Shown here: positions 27,083 to 27,113 of the stretch, piece after piece
Position numbering within the stretch: position 1 is the first letter of the stretch
Layout: the number at the start of each line of letters is the position of its first letter
Assembly (NCBI GenBank): GCA_038205935.1
Contig: JBBRBK010000025.1
Coordinates: 1 to 27,113, forward strand
Direction of reading: 5' to 3'
Source: Campylobacterales bacterium
Lineage (GTDB): Bacteria; Campylobacterota; Campylobacteria; Campylobacterales; Sulfurimonadaceae
DNA length: 27,113 bases
Translations under genes and position numbers: made by a program
Notes under the pieces: generated by a model
Seen by the model: only the letters and a program-made list of their open reading frames with translations
What the model was told of the DNA's origin: nothing
The model's database searches: none

Positions 27083-27113
27083 TTGTTACCCTTTTTTTAG
27101 CGAAATTATATCT

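Overview
This is a 27 kb chromosomal window from an AT-rich Campylobacterota (Epsilonproteobacteria) genome, most resembling Sulfurimonas or Sulfuricurvum (inferred from gene content, synteny and TGnTA(T/A)AAT promoters). The + strand carries ccoNOQP (cbb3 oxidase) with four accessory ORFs, one of them a 29-aa ORF missing from the ORF track. These are followed by addB-addA, rplM-rpsI, an orphan family-5 ABC solute-binding protein, a SAM methyltransferase, a HAD hydrolase, porCDAB, two hypotheticals, a VanX/DdpX-like dipeptidase, a GNAT-nitrilase fusion and mnmD. The - strand carries one tightly packed run: hypothetical, Sel1-repeat protein, riboflavin synthase, FlhB-C-like protein, RimB-like protease, rimK, AstE/AspA deacylase and an M42/M28-like peptidase. 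The window ends with a rubredoxin (also missing from the track) and ppnP. No rRNA, tRNA, CRISPR array or transposase was seen. Three observations stand out. (1) A highly iterated palindrome, (CT)TACATGTA(AG), has 14 exact 8-bp cores, occurs in all three coding frames, and is absent from the cco, ribosomal-protein and por genes (HIP1/uptake-sequence-like). (2) An apparent 18-bp GC-rich in-frame insertion in addA sits in a degenerate copy of that palindrome and resembles an intergenic hairpin after porB. (3) A RimK ligase/peptidase/deacylase/GNAT cluster may make and recycle a glutamyl peptide.
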